A stretch of 64,000 nt of DNA. It comes from Eledone cirrhosa. Taxonomy: Eukaryota. The notes beneath the pieces were generated by a model. That model did not search any database. It was not told where the DNA came from and saw nothing but the letters and a program-made list of their open reading frames with translations. This document shows positions 1-13,170 of the stretch, in pieces. Each line of letters opens with the position of its first letter. Position 1 is the stretch's first letter. Where the stretch lies: positions 147,374,001-147,438,000 of the forward strand of contig OZ024742.1 of the NCBI GenBank assembly GCA_964016885.1, written 5' to 3'. A program made the position numbers and the translations under genes.

Positions 1-200
1 TCTGTCTCCATTTGATCTGGATGGATCCCCAAGTGAGACCAACTGAGCTTATGAATATTATCCAACCATCTTGCTCAATGTCTTCCCCTGGGTCTCCTGC
101 CAGTTGGTTTTGGCTGTAAAATTTGTCTTGCAATTCTTTCCTGAGACATTCTAATCACATGCCTGTAGTATCGGAGCTGTGATCTCTCAATTGATTAATA
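1..200 (-). mobile_element. Decayed RTE-type LINE 3' coding fragment
   Basis: Minus strand reads a frameshifted QPKPTGRRPRGR...RWLDNI segment, like the RTE C-terminal GRP motif. Confidence 0.5.
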
Positions 201-849
201 TTTTGTGAGGACATTATAGTTGGATGGATGCTGCATGGCTGAGTGGTTAAGGAGTTTGCTTTACAATCATGTGATTCTAGGGTCAGTCCAATTGTGCGGC
301 ATCTTTTATCATGGGTTCGGTTTGACCCAAGCCATGTGAATGAAGTTGGGTAAATGGAAATTATTTGGAAGACTATCAATTGAACTGTATCTGTAATTCA
401 AAGGGTCAGCCTTGACATAGTGTGTCATGCTGAATCTTCTTGGAAATGGTACACATGTCAGTGGAATATTCAGTTATACATTTAACAACTGAAACACTCA
501 TCATTAAATCCAATGGAGTTCGATTTACTTTTTAACGACTAATAATAATATATTGTCAGTGAGTTGAGTCAATAATATAGATGTGGTTATAAATTGAACT
601 ATTCACTTCATATATATGTCGCATTGATGATTGACAGGAGGATAGCTTTTGGAATACATTTTTTTTATGTTGAAGGCAATCTTAAAGGGTTACTCAATGA
701 CCCACTAAAACAGACACAAACATAGGTGAGTGGTTAAGAAGTTCATCTTGCTATCATGAGAACTTGGTTTCAGTCCACTGTGTGGTATCTCAGGCTGGTT
801 TATGATACTAAGCTGTTAGTGCTGACAACAGCTGTGATATGGATGGAGG

Positions 850-1225
850 TCAGCATCTGTTGGCTGGAGGTGATTGGTGGACATCATCTGTTAGCTGTAG
901 CACAGCTGGGGGTCAACATATGTTGGCTGAAGGTGATTGGTTGACATCTATTGGTTGTGACGCAACTGAAGGTGTTTGGGGGACAGCATGTATTGGCTAG
1001 AGGTCATTGATGGACAACACTTGTTGGCCAGAGGTGATTGGGGACAGCATTTATTGGCTGGAGGTCATTGGTGAACAACACTTGTTGGCTGGAGGTCATT
1101 GGTGAACAATATCTGTTGGCTGAGAGACATCTGGAGGACATTTATTGGTGATGGGTGGACATCTGTTGGCAGGAGGTCATTGGTGGACAACATTTGTTGG
1201 TTGAAGGTAATTGGTGGAGAATATT
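850..1225. repeat. Degenerate ~30-bp minisatellite (unit ~CATCTGTTGGCTGGAGGTCATTGGTGGACAA)
   Basis: About a dozen head-to-tail diverged copies with no unique spacers. Confidence 0.8.
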
Positions 1226-1931
1226 TGATGATGGTTGATGAGATATATAATGTTTGAAGGGAGGGAGAAACAGAACATGACATATCTGGAACAATGTGTT
1301 GAGTGTTGTTATCATGTCTCTACAATAGAAAATACCTTCATTTCACTTTCATTCTAGTTCTCTCACCCTCTCGCTTTCATTCCATTTCTCTCTCTATCTC
1401 TCTTTCTCTCTCTTACAACAAACAATGAATCACTATAAAGAACACTGTCTATAATTAAGCTTCTCACATTTTCTAACATTCATATCATTGAAATTTACAT
1501 AATGAAACATTATATACATGTATGTATGTGTGTGTGTTTATTGGTGTAGTGTGTCGTTAGAATGCTTTGTGGAATTTGTTTTAGCTTTCTGTGCTCTCTG
1601 AGTTCAAATTCCACCAAGTTCAACTTTGCCTTTCATCCTTTCAAGGAAAATTTAAAAAAAGTACTAGTACAGTACCATGGGTCAAATCTTCTTCTTTACC
1701 TCTTTCTCTCTACCTCTGTCTCACTTTCCCTGGAAGAAATTGGCTGTATTCAGACTATTAGTTGGATATATCTCTCTTTACTTTTTACCTTTAAGGAAAC
1801 ATTCACAACTTACCAATATTCTCCTGTTGGCAATCTTTGGTATCATCTTATGTCACGACAAGATCTCTACAACTACAACAGGAGTTACCGGTCCATATAT
1901 ATACATGTGTGTGTGTGTATGTGTGTATATA

Positions 1932-2009
1932 TAAGGTGTCCCAAAAATATGTGTACACACTTCAACAGCATTCTAATAAAAGTGTGTATACATTTTGGGG
2001 GACACCCTG
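1932..2009. mobile_element. ~80-bp Tc1/mariner-type MITE (copy 1 of 3)
   Basis: TIRs (C)AAGGTGTCCC...GGGACACCCTG with TA flanks. Same internal GCATTCTAATAAAAGTGTG as 3681 and 52047. Confidence 0.75.
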
Positions 2010-2056
<47 letters not shown>

Positions 2057-2915
2057 AGAAGAAAGGACAATACTCCGATTCCATCAGGGAAATGGCCATG
2101 TTCGATATGTAGGAAAGGAACTGGCATAAATTCCATAAAATGTACGCAATGCAGATCTTGGGTACACAAGAGATGTAGTAGGATAGCAGGCAAACTAACA
2201 GGTAGGGAAAACTAGATATGTAGTAGATGTACAGGGAAAGTTGGCAGTAGTAATCGCAGTGATAGACACCTTTTTCCAATGCAGGTGGATTCTATAGAAG
2301 TGGTTGATAGCTTCCAGTACCTAGGTGATCAGATTAGCATGGGAGGGGGGTGTCTGAGGCCATAGTATCTAGAATAAGGACGGGTTGGAAGAAGTTTAGG
2401 GAGCTGCTTCCTTTGTTGATAAAGAATGGTTTCTCCCTGCATAGGAAAGGACAGTTATATGATGCCTGTGTGAGCTGTGCGATGCTGCGTGGTAGTGAGA
2501 CATGGGCAGCAACTGCAGAGGATATGCGACGGCTGGAGAGAAATGAAGCAAGTATGCTCCGTTGGATGTGCAATGTCAATGTGCGTGAACGATCAAGCAT
2601 GGACGAGTTGAGAAAGAAACTGGGTATAAGAGGGATAAGTTGTGGTGTGCAGGAGAGAAGGCTTAGATGGTATGGACATGTGATGCGCATGGAAGATGAC
2701 CGCTGCGTAAAGAAGTGCCAAGAAATCCCAGTAGAAGGAAGACGCAGTAGAGGTAGACCACAAAAACATGGGCGGATGTGGTGAGAGCAGACCTCAGATC
2801 GCTGAAATTCACCGAGGAGATGACGAAGGACCGTGACAAGTGGAGAGATGCTGTGCTGAATATGACCCGTCCAACCCTTGCAAGCAGGGAAAAGTGGACG
2901 TAAAATGATGATGAT
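2057..2915 (+). mobile_element. 5'-truncated RTE LINE (subfamily A tail)
   Basis: SGKWPCSIC PHD-like finger, then RIRTGWKKFREL, RRLRWYGHVMRM and GRP motifs with stops. Tail CCCTTGCAAGCAGGGAAAAGTGGACGTAAAA(TGA)n. Confidence 0.9.
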
Positions 2916-3372
2916 ATGTATGTAAAAGGTAAACAGAAATAATAACTCAATCGGTACAGTATATGGAAGGAAGAGGGTCTTATCGTTACGGACGCTAGTC
3001 CTTCATCAGAAGAAAGAATAAGAAATAAGATAGATTGAAGGGACGGGCGGGGTCGAATTGGAAAAAAATGTCTTTAGATAAAAATAACAGGTCCATTCAT
3101 GTTGACATCTCATGTACATGTGTACTGTGAGTGTGTGTGTGTATATATATATGTTTTGCAAGAGATGTCAATTTTTATCTAAAGACATTTTTTCCAATTC
3201 CAACCCATCCGTCTTCTCAATCTATTCTATTTCTCATTCTTTCTTCTGATGAAGGACTAGCGTCCGAAACGTTAAGACCCTCTTCCTGCTATATCAAGCG
3301 TTAACCTAATATATCCCTTCCATATACTGCACCGATTGTGTTGTTATTTCTGTTTACCTTTTACATGCATAT
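2914..3372. repeat. Inverted repeat (arms ~2914-3111 and ~3162-3372), Penelope pseudo-LTR-like
   Basis: The arms are reverse complements over ~200 bp and each carries a hammerhead-like core. Confidence 0.85.
3242..3277 (+). ncRNA. Minimal type-I hammerhead ribozyme (Penelope-associated, dimeric type)
   Basis: TCTT-CTGATGA-A-GGAC-TAGC-GTCC-GAAAC-GTT-AAGA: stem I TCTT/AAGA, stem II GGAC/GTCC, palindromic ACGT stem III, GUU cleavage triplet. Confidence 0.65.
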
Positions 3373-3646
3373 TATATATATATATACATACAAATAAAGA
3401 TTCAGCGAGAATCGCATTTTCGGCGGGCAGGAAAAGCGAAGCGAAACGCAAAAATCAGAAATGATACTGGCAAAGTTCTCAATAGTTAAAAACCAAAGCT
3501 AAACAATGTGTTAAGAAGCCATACAAAACTGAAAAGGTGGTCAAGAAGGCATTAACCACCCAAGCCAAAAACCAAATCAAGTTAAACAGGTCAAAACAAA
3601 ATAAATGATAAAAAATAAGTGATAACCAGACCTGGACTCCTGGAAT

Positions 3647-3679
<33 letters not shown>

Positions 3680-3680
3680 A

Positions 3681-3754
3681 CAAGGTGTCCTAAAAATATG
3701 TATACACTCCAACGGCATTCTAATAAAAGTGTGAATACATATTTTTGGGACACC

Positions 3755-3757
<3 letters not shown>
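3681..3757. mobile_element. ~80-bp Tc1/mariner-type MITE (copy 2)
   Basis: TA-CAAGGTGTCC...GGGACACCCTG; homologous to 1932-2009. Confidence 0.75.
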
Positions 3758-3795
<38 letters not shown>

Positions 3796-3982
3796 GGTAA
3801 CACGGTAAAAAATTCCCAGTTCCACACTGTAAATGTGGTTGGTGTTAGGAAGGGCATTCAGCCGTAGAAAACCTGCCAGATAGTCCTATATGAGCGAGAC
3901 ACGGTCACCCGACCAACCTTGCCTCGAGTGGGACAACTCCCGTCTAACCCATAGAAGATGGACGTTAAACGAAGATGATGAT
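3796..3982 (+). mobile_element. RTE subfamily C 3'-UTR fragment
   Basis: Matches the 3' UTR of the LINE at ~14225-14420 and ends GGACGTTAAACGAAGATGATG. Confidence 0.75.
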
Positions 3983-3996
3983 ATATATATGTATGT

Positions 3997-4324
3997 ACAT
4001 GGCTTAGTGGTTAGAGCATTGGCCTTGCAATCGAAAGGTTGTGAGTTCAATTCTCAGACCGGGTGATGTGTTGTTTCCTTGAGCAAGACACTTTATTTCA
4101 CATTGCTCCAGTTTACTCAGCTGTAGAAATGAGATGATAGGGACTGGGGTCTATATCATTCCACTGTAAAGTGGTCGTGGAGGTGCCATGGCAGAAAAGC
4201 ACCCAGCACTCACTGTAAATGAGGTTGGTGTTAGGAAGGCCATCCAGCTGTAGAAATCAACCCAAAATCAGTTCCCGTCCCACCCTTGCAAGCAGGGAAA
4301 AAGCGGACGTAAAATGAAATGATG
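3997..4324 (+). mobile_element. tRNA-derived SINE with RTE tail
   Basis: A box TGGCTTAGTGG, B box GAGTTCAATTC, CCTTGAGCAAGACACTT central core, RTE-A 3' end. Confidence 0.9.
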
Positions 4325-4453
4325 TCTACTGTGTGAATTTTTACCTTCAGAATAATTTAAAATAAACTATTTTTGCTTTTTTTATTGTTTTGTTTATTGC
4401 TGTTGTTGTTATTTTTTACAATAGTTGTTTATTGTTGTTGTTATATATTGCAG

Positions 4454-4535
4454 TACCTGTTTTTTGATGGGACCTCTGAGTCAACTAAAGAAAATGTTTG
4501 CTAAAACTCGTATTATTGCAACAATTGTAGTATTG
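4454..4535 (+). CDS. SFT2D1: SFT2 domain vesicle transport protein, internal exon (TCFLMGPLSQLKKMFAKTRIIATIVVL)
   Basis: ttgcAG/GTaagt boundaries, 82 nt. The peptide matches the SFT2D1/2 motif TCFLMGPxxQLKKMF. Paralog assignment (D1 vs D2) is not resolved and upstream exons were not found in the window. Confidence 0.93.
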
Positions 4536-4624
4536 GTAAGTACCGATATAAAGTTCTTTTACTGAACTGTTTCTAATGTCATCATCCTCATCATTGACAT
4601 CATCATAATAATTATTATTGTCAA

Positions 4625-4800
4625 TGGATTGGCAGTATTGGTAGAGGGTCGGACGCTTTGATTTGCAGCATAGAGTTACGGCCCTTTATGAACCGAGTTC
4701 AAATCCTGCCGAGGTTAACTTTGCCTTTCATCCTTACGGGGTCGATAAAGTAAAGTACCAGTAATACACTGGGTAAATACTGGCCTTGTGCCAAAAGTAG
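4625..4800 (+). mobile_element. Second SINE family (GAGTTCAAATCC...AACTTTGCCTTTCATCC...GGGGTCGATAAA)
   Basis: B-box-like motif plus a shared body. Related copies at ~1560-1680, 10845-11400, 53220-53330, 53740-53940, 54890-55010, 58800-58910 and 63680-64000 (minus). Confidence 0.75.
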
Positions 4801-4882
4801 AAACAATTATTGTTACTATCACCATCATCATCATCAACATTGTCATCATCATCATCAATATTATCATCATTAACATCATCAT

Positions 4883-5200
4883 GGAGGCACATGGCTTAGT
4901 GGTTAGAGCATTGGGCTTGCAATCGAAAGGTTCTGAGTTCAGTTGTGTTGTTTCCTTGAGCAAGACACTTTATTTCACATTGCTCCAGTTTACTCAGCTG
5001 TAGAAATGAGATGATAGGACTGGGGTCCCTATCATTCCACTGCAAAGTGGTCGTGGAGGTGCCACGGCAAAAAAGCACCCAGCACTCACTGTAAATGAGG
5101 TTGGTGTTAGGAAGGGCATCCAGCTGTAGAAATCAAGCCAGAATCAGTTCCCGTCCCAACCTTGCAAGCAGGGAAAATCGGACGAAAATGATGATGATGA
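4883..5200 (+). mobile_element. tRNA-derived SINE with RTE tail
   Basis: Same family as 3997. Starts GGAGGCACATGGCTTAGTGG and has a (GAT)n tail. Confidence 0.9.
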
Positions 5201-5269
5201 TCCCTCAGCTACCAGGTAGGGATATTATTGAGGCCCGCATTCTCTTGAGACAACTACAGAAGTGGTGCT

Positions 5270-6310
5270 TAACTAAGCGTAAGGCTGTGAATTTGAAGAA
5301 TATTTTTGACAGAGGTCCCTTTTCCATAATCAGGTGGGCAGTTAAGAAGATAGGTGTAGATAAATGACTGGTGAGGGCCATACAAGCCAGATGTAGAAGT
5401 ACAACCAGCAAGGTGACAGTTGTTAACCAGTACAGTGATGAATTTGGAGTGCAGGTGAGCATCTGCCAGAGTTCAATCTTCTTCTATTTATCATTGTTCT
5501 TTAAACCATAACAGAGGAGCTTATGACTGGCTGTCCATGGGAACTCCTGTATACTAATCACCTAGTCCTTAGAGATGAATCTGTACAAGAGTTAAAGGTA
5601 AAATTCCAGACATAGAAGAAAAATCTAGAATTGAAAGTCCTAAACTTAACCAAGTTTTTAATAAGTAGGAAAGAAGACAGGACTCAGAGGAAATGACCTT
5701 GCTTAGTATGTTGCAAAGGAGAAGGCATAACTCATATAAGATGCACACAGTGCAATCTGTATGTGTATAGAGATGTACTTAAATTACAGGCAGATTAATG
5801 GAGAAGGTGGACTTTGTATGTGGCTGATGTAAAAGCGAAATAAGTACTAACAGCACATGTGGAATAAATTCCCTCAATTGCCTGAGCAGCTCTTGACAAC
5901 TTTTGCTACCTAGGTGATCTAATTTGCAGTTGGAGTGGATCCTCAGAAGGTAGAGTAGCTAGAGTTAAAACAGGCTGGAATAAGTTAAAGTATCTAGTAC
6001 ACCTACTGGTTACATAAGTTAAGGGTAGACTTTATGATGCTTGTGTATGTACTTTGATGCTACATGGTAATGTTAGTGTGTATGAGTGATTAAGCATAAG
6101 TGAGCTAAGAGAAAAACACCCTTCCCCTAAACATTGGTATTAAGAAGGGTATCCAACCATAAAAATCTTGCCAAACAAAGGGTTGAGATGACCCTTCAGT
6201 TATCATCAGCATGCCACCTGCTCTGGTGTTGGTGCCATGTTAAAGTGCACCCAATACACTCTTGCTCTGTGATGATCTGTCCCACCCTTACTAGCAGGGT
6301 AAATGGATGT
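5270..6310 (+). mobile_element. Old decayed RTE LINE (RT to 3' end)
   Basis: Remnants of IRWAVKKIGVD, GCPWELLY and RLYDAC with many stops. Confidence 0.75.
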
Positions 6311-6399
6311 TAAATTATATATACATATAGATATATATTTACACCCTCACATACACAACACAACAAGCATTTTAAGGCCATTCCCTGCTAAAGCAAAGC

Positions 6400-6870
6400 T
6401 TAGCTTTGCAGGCTCCAAAACAAGCATCTCCAATTTTCCCTATCATCTGCATCTTCCCTCATCAATCCCTGGCTTTCATTTCCTCCTCCATCACCTTCAG
6501 CCATGTCTTTCTTGGTCTACCCTTTCCTCTACTTCCTCCTATATCCATTTCTCCCCTCTCACCCAGTGATTTTCATCCTTTTTCAACACGTGACTCAACC
6601 ATCTCCATCTCATTCAATTTCTCTTCACAACATTCACCATTGGTTCTATTTCTATCATTCTCTGTGATGTGTTGTTTGTCTCCCTCTCTCTCAGTACTAC
6701 TTTACTGAACCATTCTCATTTCTGTTCTTTTTTACTCTACGTTCACCACTCGTGTCTTGCTCCTATAAATCATGGCACTTCTGATGCATGCAGCTTAGAC
6801 CTTTCCTTTCAGTTTCAGCAGCCCTCCTTGCCTCCTTAGCACACTATCAGTTCCCAGAATTTTTGCAAAT
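6400..6870 (-). mobile_element. Decayed RTE LINE 3' fragment
   Basis: Minus strand shows RWLSHV and GRGKGRPRKTW-like motifs. Confidence 0.6.
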
Positions 6871-7294
6871 GCTTACAACAGAGTTGATTCCACTAAAGAC
6901 TCCCAAGGGGCATGAGGTAATGTTAAACCAAGCAATGAGGACTAAGTAGGCCATAGCAGGAATTTGGAAAGCAAAATGTCAGAACAAATGTTGCAAGCCA
7001 TCTTGTCCAACACTAACAGTTCAGCAAATCCATTGCCTTGGACTGGTTCCTTATTTTATCAACCCCAAAAATATGAAAGGTATATTTGACATTGGGGAGA
7101 CTAAGTACCATAAGATACTATGCCCTATGCTGTAATAATTCCACCAATGTATCATTTATTTTAGATGTTTTCTACAGTAGGGTGATGAATTGCTTAGATT
7201 TGTCATCATTATTTTATACCAGTAATATCCTGAGGCCACTTCAGTGAAATATATTTACTTCCTTTGAAGATTGTCCCTTATGAATCATTATCAG

Positions 7295-7622
7295 CTCTTA
7301 ACATCCTGTACCACATAAAACCACATTAACAAGACATTCTTGAAAAGTACAAAACAACACTATGATTGCTTCACAACAACCTGTCCACTAGTAAAAATAC
7401 TATAAACATTTGAATTAACAAACTCATTTTTAGATATGATTTACTATTACAGGATGTTAAGAGTTTATTGAAAAGTACAATATCACTATCACTGCATCGC
7501 ATAAAAAATTAATGCTTTTACTTTAGTTCACTACATATTTTCACAACAATCTCTCTACTTGTAAAGATACTATAAACCTGTTTTTAAATAGTTTCTACTA
7601 AATCATTACAGGATGTTAAGAG
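7295..7622. mobile_element. MITE with CTCTTAACATCCTGTA / TACAGGATGTTAAGAG TIRs plus a tandem partial copy
   Basis: TIR pair at 7295-7463 and a second right end at 7622. Relatives at ~33025-33330, ~48550-48680 and 52463-52623. Confidence 0.7.
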
Positions 7623-7670
7623 TTGTATTTCTTTAAGACTTAAAGATAATGATTTTATTTTATTTTCCAG

Positions 7671-7706
7671 GTAATGTTTGTACTAACACTAGTGTCAGCA
7701 TTAGCT
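7671..7706 (+). CDS. SFT2D1: SFT2 exon (VMFVLTLVSALA)
   Basis: ttttccAG/GTaagt, 36 nt, phase 0-0. Hydrophobic segment in frame with the neighbouring exons. Confidence 0.88.
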
Positions 7707-9739
7707 GTAAGTAAACAGATTTTTCATTGTTTGTCTTCTTTTATAATGTCTTTTGTTGATGGTGACTGTGATAGGTGGTGATTATGGCGTTTGTGATGGG
7801 GATGATGGCTATGTTAATGGTTATGGTGATGGTTAGGTAGTAGTTAGTTACATAAACTCCTGTAAGTAATGACAGCTGTAAATCTAAAGTTATAGTCTGA
7901 GTAGTATATGTATATATGAAATATATGTAAAAGGTGTGTGTGTAATCTATGTATGTTTATATATATATATATGTATGTATGTGTGTGTGTATATATATAT
8001 ATATACACTTGCGTGCATGATATATGTATATAGGGCAGCCTATAATTAGCTGTGTCAAGAAATGTGAATAAAAAAAACATTAGTGATATTAAACTTTATT
8101 CTAAAGATAATTCAAAGGCAATTCATAAATTTATATAGTTACATTAAGTGTTCAAAATATTGCCTGTTTGTATTAATACAAGCATGTCGTTTTATGATTC
8201 TTTGTAATAATTATGGCAACCATATATGTGTGTATGTCTCTGACTGTGTTACTCTAATGAGAAGCAAACAAGGGAGAGAACTCAATGTTAACCCATTTGT
8301 TACTGTATTTTTAATGAAATACTTCATATTTTGATTAATTAATGAAGAATTTAGGAAAGATTTACTAAAATTATAATTTCATTAAAATGGTGTTTGTAAC
8401 ATAACAAAATGTTCTTATATAAAATGAGTGGTTTTGTTCTATAGAAATGGAGGTAGTTTTAAGAGGGTTGGTATCAAAGAAAATATGACTATATTTTGAT
8501 AACCCTAGCATGTAAGCCTGGCTGTGCACACGCACACACACACACCCTCCCAAACACGTGTGTCATCATCATTAAAATTTTTTTTACATTGACTTTTCTA
8601 TGCTGGCTGAGACATTTTGAGACAATGTTTTACAGCTAGATGCCATTCCTGGTACTAATTCTTTTAGTCGTTTCTTATGACATGCAGGGATACAGTGTAC
8701 ATAATCTAAACCTGATAGTTTGTATCAATAATTGCGAGCCAGTGCATGTGTATCTGTGTTAGTCACTGAGACTGCAAGCATATGTTTGTTCATTTGTGTG
8801 GGTATAAAGTACTGTATAAAAAAATAAAAGTTGCTATAATTTAAGTCATGTTTACCTTAAAATCAAATCAAATCTCTAAATATTCAGTATCCAGGCAGCA
8901 CAAGGTAGCACTGCTAGTATTAGTATAACCTTTTAAGATACTACATTTCTACTGAAAATACCACTCAGATTTGCTCAGTTTTTAGTCAAATTAATTAAAA
9001 TAACATTCATAGATCTATTGAAAAATGGGGGTAGCCTCTACACAGTCGCTCAGCCTCTTGGAAATAACAACCAAATCTCAAATGACACCCTGTTATGTTG
9101 AAAATGGTAGAACATATTAGACAATCCAGTTCTAGATATACAAAAAGATGTGATGGTTGTGTCTGGAATGACTTTGATCATAGGTCTGTTTTAACAACTG
9201 AAGAGTGGAAAATAATAGAACCAGTATAAACATTCACAGAAATATTTGTCCTGTGTGAACATTTGTATATTTTCGTGCAATTTATATAATAATAGGGAAA
9301 TATCTGGCTTGGTGGTTGTGGTATTCTGTTCACAATCATAAGGCAGAACATTGTGCCCTTGAGCAAGACACTTAATTTCATGTTACTCCAGTCCATTCAG
9401 CTGGCAAAAATGAGTTGTACCTGTAATTCAAACCTTGTAACTGATTGTGTCATGCCAAATCTCCTTGAGACCTACATTAAGGGTGCATGTGCTTAAGGAA
9501 TACTCAGCCACATACATGTTAATTTCATCAGCAGGCTATTCTGTTCATTGAAACAACTGGTGTACTGGAAACAACGGAAGTCCAGCAGCTACAATCTGTC
9601 AAAAATGTTCTAAACGTTATTTTTTTAGAATTCGTGGAACACAAATGTAAGACAAAAGGGGGTGGAGCAAATGTGCTAAAATACCAGAAGTCAGTGTTCT
9701 CTATCTCTGTGATTGTGTGTATAGATGCATGCATATATG

Positions 9740-10060
9740 CTTACAAAATCAGAAAACAGTACAGCTCCCATGACTTTCAGAAACAATTTTTCACGCTCAG
9801 AATTGCTGAAGTATAGAACAAACTACCTGCATCAGTTGTTAGCTGTCAGGACACTACATCCTTCAAAATTTCCCCAAATTCGCCAACACTACACCTGATA
9901 TTCCCCCTCTATACACATGCATGTATCTGTCTATAAATCATGACCCATACACTGTTCACTTTCCTGACATTTGTACATTATTCTATGTACTATACATGCA
10001 CCTTTAATGAGTTGTAGTGCACCTGAGCACTGTACACAATAATAATAATTATTATTATTA
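9740..10060 (+). mobile_element. CR1/L2-like LINE 3' end
   Basis: YKIRKQ...FFTLRIAE...KLPASVV C-terminus, 3' UTR and (TAA/TTA)n tail. Second copy at ~39830-40345. Confidence 0.7.
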
Positions 10061-10708
10061 TATCATGATCCTCATCACGCCCACTTTTCCCTGCTGACAT
10101 GGGGTGGATGGGATATTTCAAGACAATGTCTTATAGTCAGATGCCCTTCCTCACACCAACCATTTTAATTGCCTCTTACAACATTCAGGGCTCTATTCTA
10201 AAAACTGAAAAATTGAACTTATGAAGCCCTGAGAAAATAAAGTTTATAAAAAAAATGTATAATGCTTAAGTGCAGAAAATAACTGCAAGTAGAGTCAGTT
10301 ACTATAAAATAGGATAAAGACCCTTGGAGTACTCAGTCAGTATCTGAGAGATATGAGATTCAATCACTCATAGCAGCCACTGGCAACTTTTTTATCCGAC
10401 TCTTAGGATCTTTACCCGATTTTATAGCAACTCACTGTACTTTCTATAAACTTTATTCTCTCAGCACTTTGTAAGTTAAAAAATTCAAGCTTTGCACATG
10501 ATGTTTATAAATATACAATCCACAAACATAGCTTTGTTAAATTTTGGTAAAGAAACCAAATATTTATTCTGTCAATAAAACAATGGGCTATGTGCTTGGT
10601 ATTGTATAAAATGTGATAACATTTGAATAGTTTTTCAATTCTAAGTGTTGTTAACTAGAACAGAAGATACATTCCATGTATAGATTTATATAAAATTGTC
10701 TTTTGTAG

Positions 10709-10909
<201 letters not shown>

Positions 10910-11866
10910 TGAATGAACTTTGCCTTTCTTTCTTCTGAAGTCACTAAAATAAAGTATTTATCAAGTACTAAAGTCAATGTTATTTTCTAGCCTTTCTTAA
11001 AACAGAAAAAAATTGCTGGCCTTGTGCCTAAATTAGAAACCAAAGATGGTGGATTGGCAGAATTGTTAAAGTGTCAAAAAAATCATGCAGCCCATTGTGT
11101 TCTGAGTTCAAATCCTACTGAGACCAACTTTGTCTTTTATCCTTCTGTGATCACTAAAAAAAAAAGTACCTATCAAATACTGAGGTCAATGTAAATAACT
11201 TATTCCCCTCCCCTAAAAATATGCTGGTCTTATATTTCAAATTAGAAACTATTATTATTATTTTTTAAGGGTGGTATGTGCCAAAAGTAGAAACAATTAT
11301 TTTTAAGGGTGGTGGACTGGCAGAGTCATTAGTGTCAGACAAAATGCCTTTTACATTCAAAGTCGATAAAATAAAGTACCAGTCCCTCTGGAACTCATTT
11401 CTGTTCGTCTTTCTCAGAGGAGTAGATCTACAATTTAAACAACATCAACATCATCCATCTCTTCAGTCTAAGAGAGCCTGTGCAGGCCTTTCAAGTAAAA
11501 AGAAAAAGATAAAAGCACTGCAGTCGATATGATAGACTCATCCCTCTTCTTCCAAAATTAAAAACTATTATCATTATCTTTTTCAACAAAATTTCTGTCT
11601 TTGTTCCTGTTAAAAACTATTACTATATTTATATTTCATTACCATGTTTCTCATGAAATACATTGCATTTCAATTAATTGATGAAGCATATGCAGGGTTC
11701 TACTAAAATTAGTTTTTCATTATTACATTAGTATTTATAATACAATTTAATGCAAGTTATGTTAGATTTTAAATAGAAACCCTTTAAAATGAGTGGTTCT
11801 GTTTCTTAGAACCAGAGGCAGTTTGCTGTCAAAATAATTAATTTTATACATTTCTTCTTTTTACAG

Positions 11867-11906
11867 AGACGCTGTGATAAAATGTTTTGCAGCCTGTATC
11901 GGATGA
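11867..11906 (+). CDS. SFT2D1: SFT2 terminal exon (DAVIKCFAACIG*)
   Basis: ttacAG acceptor, 40 nt, completes the Arg codon. RDAVIKC matches the SFT2D1 C-terminus; TGA stop. Confidence 0.93.
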
Positions 11907-12189
11907 AGTGTTTGTGTAACCCCAGCAACTATTTCACTCTTAATATTGCTACATCTTCCTGTCATGAAAGAAGTTTATAAGATTATCAGTTCGATGAAAT
12001 CTCTGACAATTGATTATTAATTATAAAAATACAGACATAACTTCTATGTCAATATAGTTTACATATTTTTTTAAATGCTATCTTTTACTTGAAACCTCCA
12101 TCAACCAAATCTTCTCAAATAGATGAATATATTTATTTCTACATCCTAGTAACACACTCATTTGGAAAATATCAATTATTATTATTGGA

Positions 12190-12250
12190 AATAAACTTTA
12201 AACTAAATATTTTCTATAATATCTTGGTTTATTTTGTTTATTTTAATAAA
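12190..12250 (+). terminator. Candidate poly(A) signals for SFT2 (AATAAA at 12190 and 12245)
   Basis: Canonical hexamers ~290-340 nt after the stop. Confidence 0.45.
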
Positions 12251-12415
12251 CACTTTTGTAGATATTTAAAGTAAATAAAATTTGAGGGAATTTTTTTTAA
12301 AATCTTTTATTTGTTGATATTTACAATATAATAGTCTATACTGTATGTGTATATCGTCATCATCGTATTTACATCTACTTTTCCACGCTTGCACACATAT
12401 ATATATATATATTAA

Positions 12416-12610
12416 CCCTTTAGCATTTAAACAAGCTGTATCTAGCCAGAATTCTCTCACCTCTTTCTATTCAAACCAGCCCTTCATATAAATAAGGTAT
12501 TTTTCTCAAAATAAATAACATCAAAATCTCATAGCTTTGATATTATGTGAGATAAAGCCTTTACTGTGAAAATATAATAGTAAATATAGAGTAATGTAAA
12601 TGCTAAATGG
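12416..12610. mobile_element. piggyBac-type MITE (~195 bp)
   Basis: TTAA-CCCTTTAGCATTTA...TAAATGCTAAATGG-TTAA. Copies at 41569-41784 and ~31320-31500 (reverse). Confidence 0.8.
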
Positions 12611-13170
12611 TTAATTCTATGTGGTAGTGAGGCATGGATCTGCAAAAGCTAGTAAGATGTGAAGTAAACATACTCTGGTGAATGTGTAATATTAGTGAGG
12701 CAAGAGAAAAAACTTGGCACAAGAGGAATTCAATGTTGTGTGCAAAAAAGAAAGCTGCATTGGTATGGACATGTGATGCGTATGGAAGCTGACAGCTGCA
12801 GAAAAATCTCACTGGATGGATGGGACTTGTGACAGAGATAGATTTCTGAAGACCGTCCATATGAAACTAAACTACAATGGCGAATACTGGCAACATGTGG
12901 TAATGGAGAAAACCTACCTGCATATGCAAGATGCCCCTAAATTTCTGCAATAGTATCCCCCCTCCCCACACACACATAACTCTTCTCTGTGATGTGACTT
13001 AGCCTGTCCTAATCTCTCCATTGTAACTATTAAATCTAAGATCGCTCCCCATGACAGTGACACTTAATTCCCACCACTCTATCCATAATTACTCCTACCC
13101 CTTGTGTTATACACTGTACGCCCCCACGGTTTGTCTCCCTTATTCCATCCCTATATATATATATATATGC

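Noticed and set aside
850-1225. CRISPR-like ~30-bp periodicity
   Set aside because: Degenerate tandem units without unique spacers, eukaryotic context, no cas genes.
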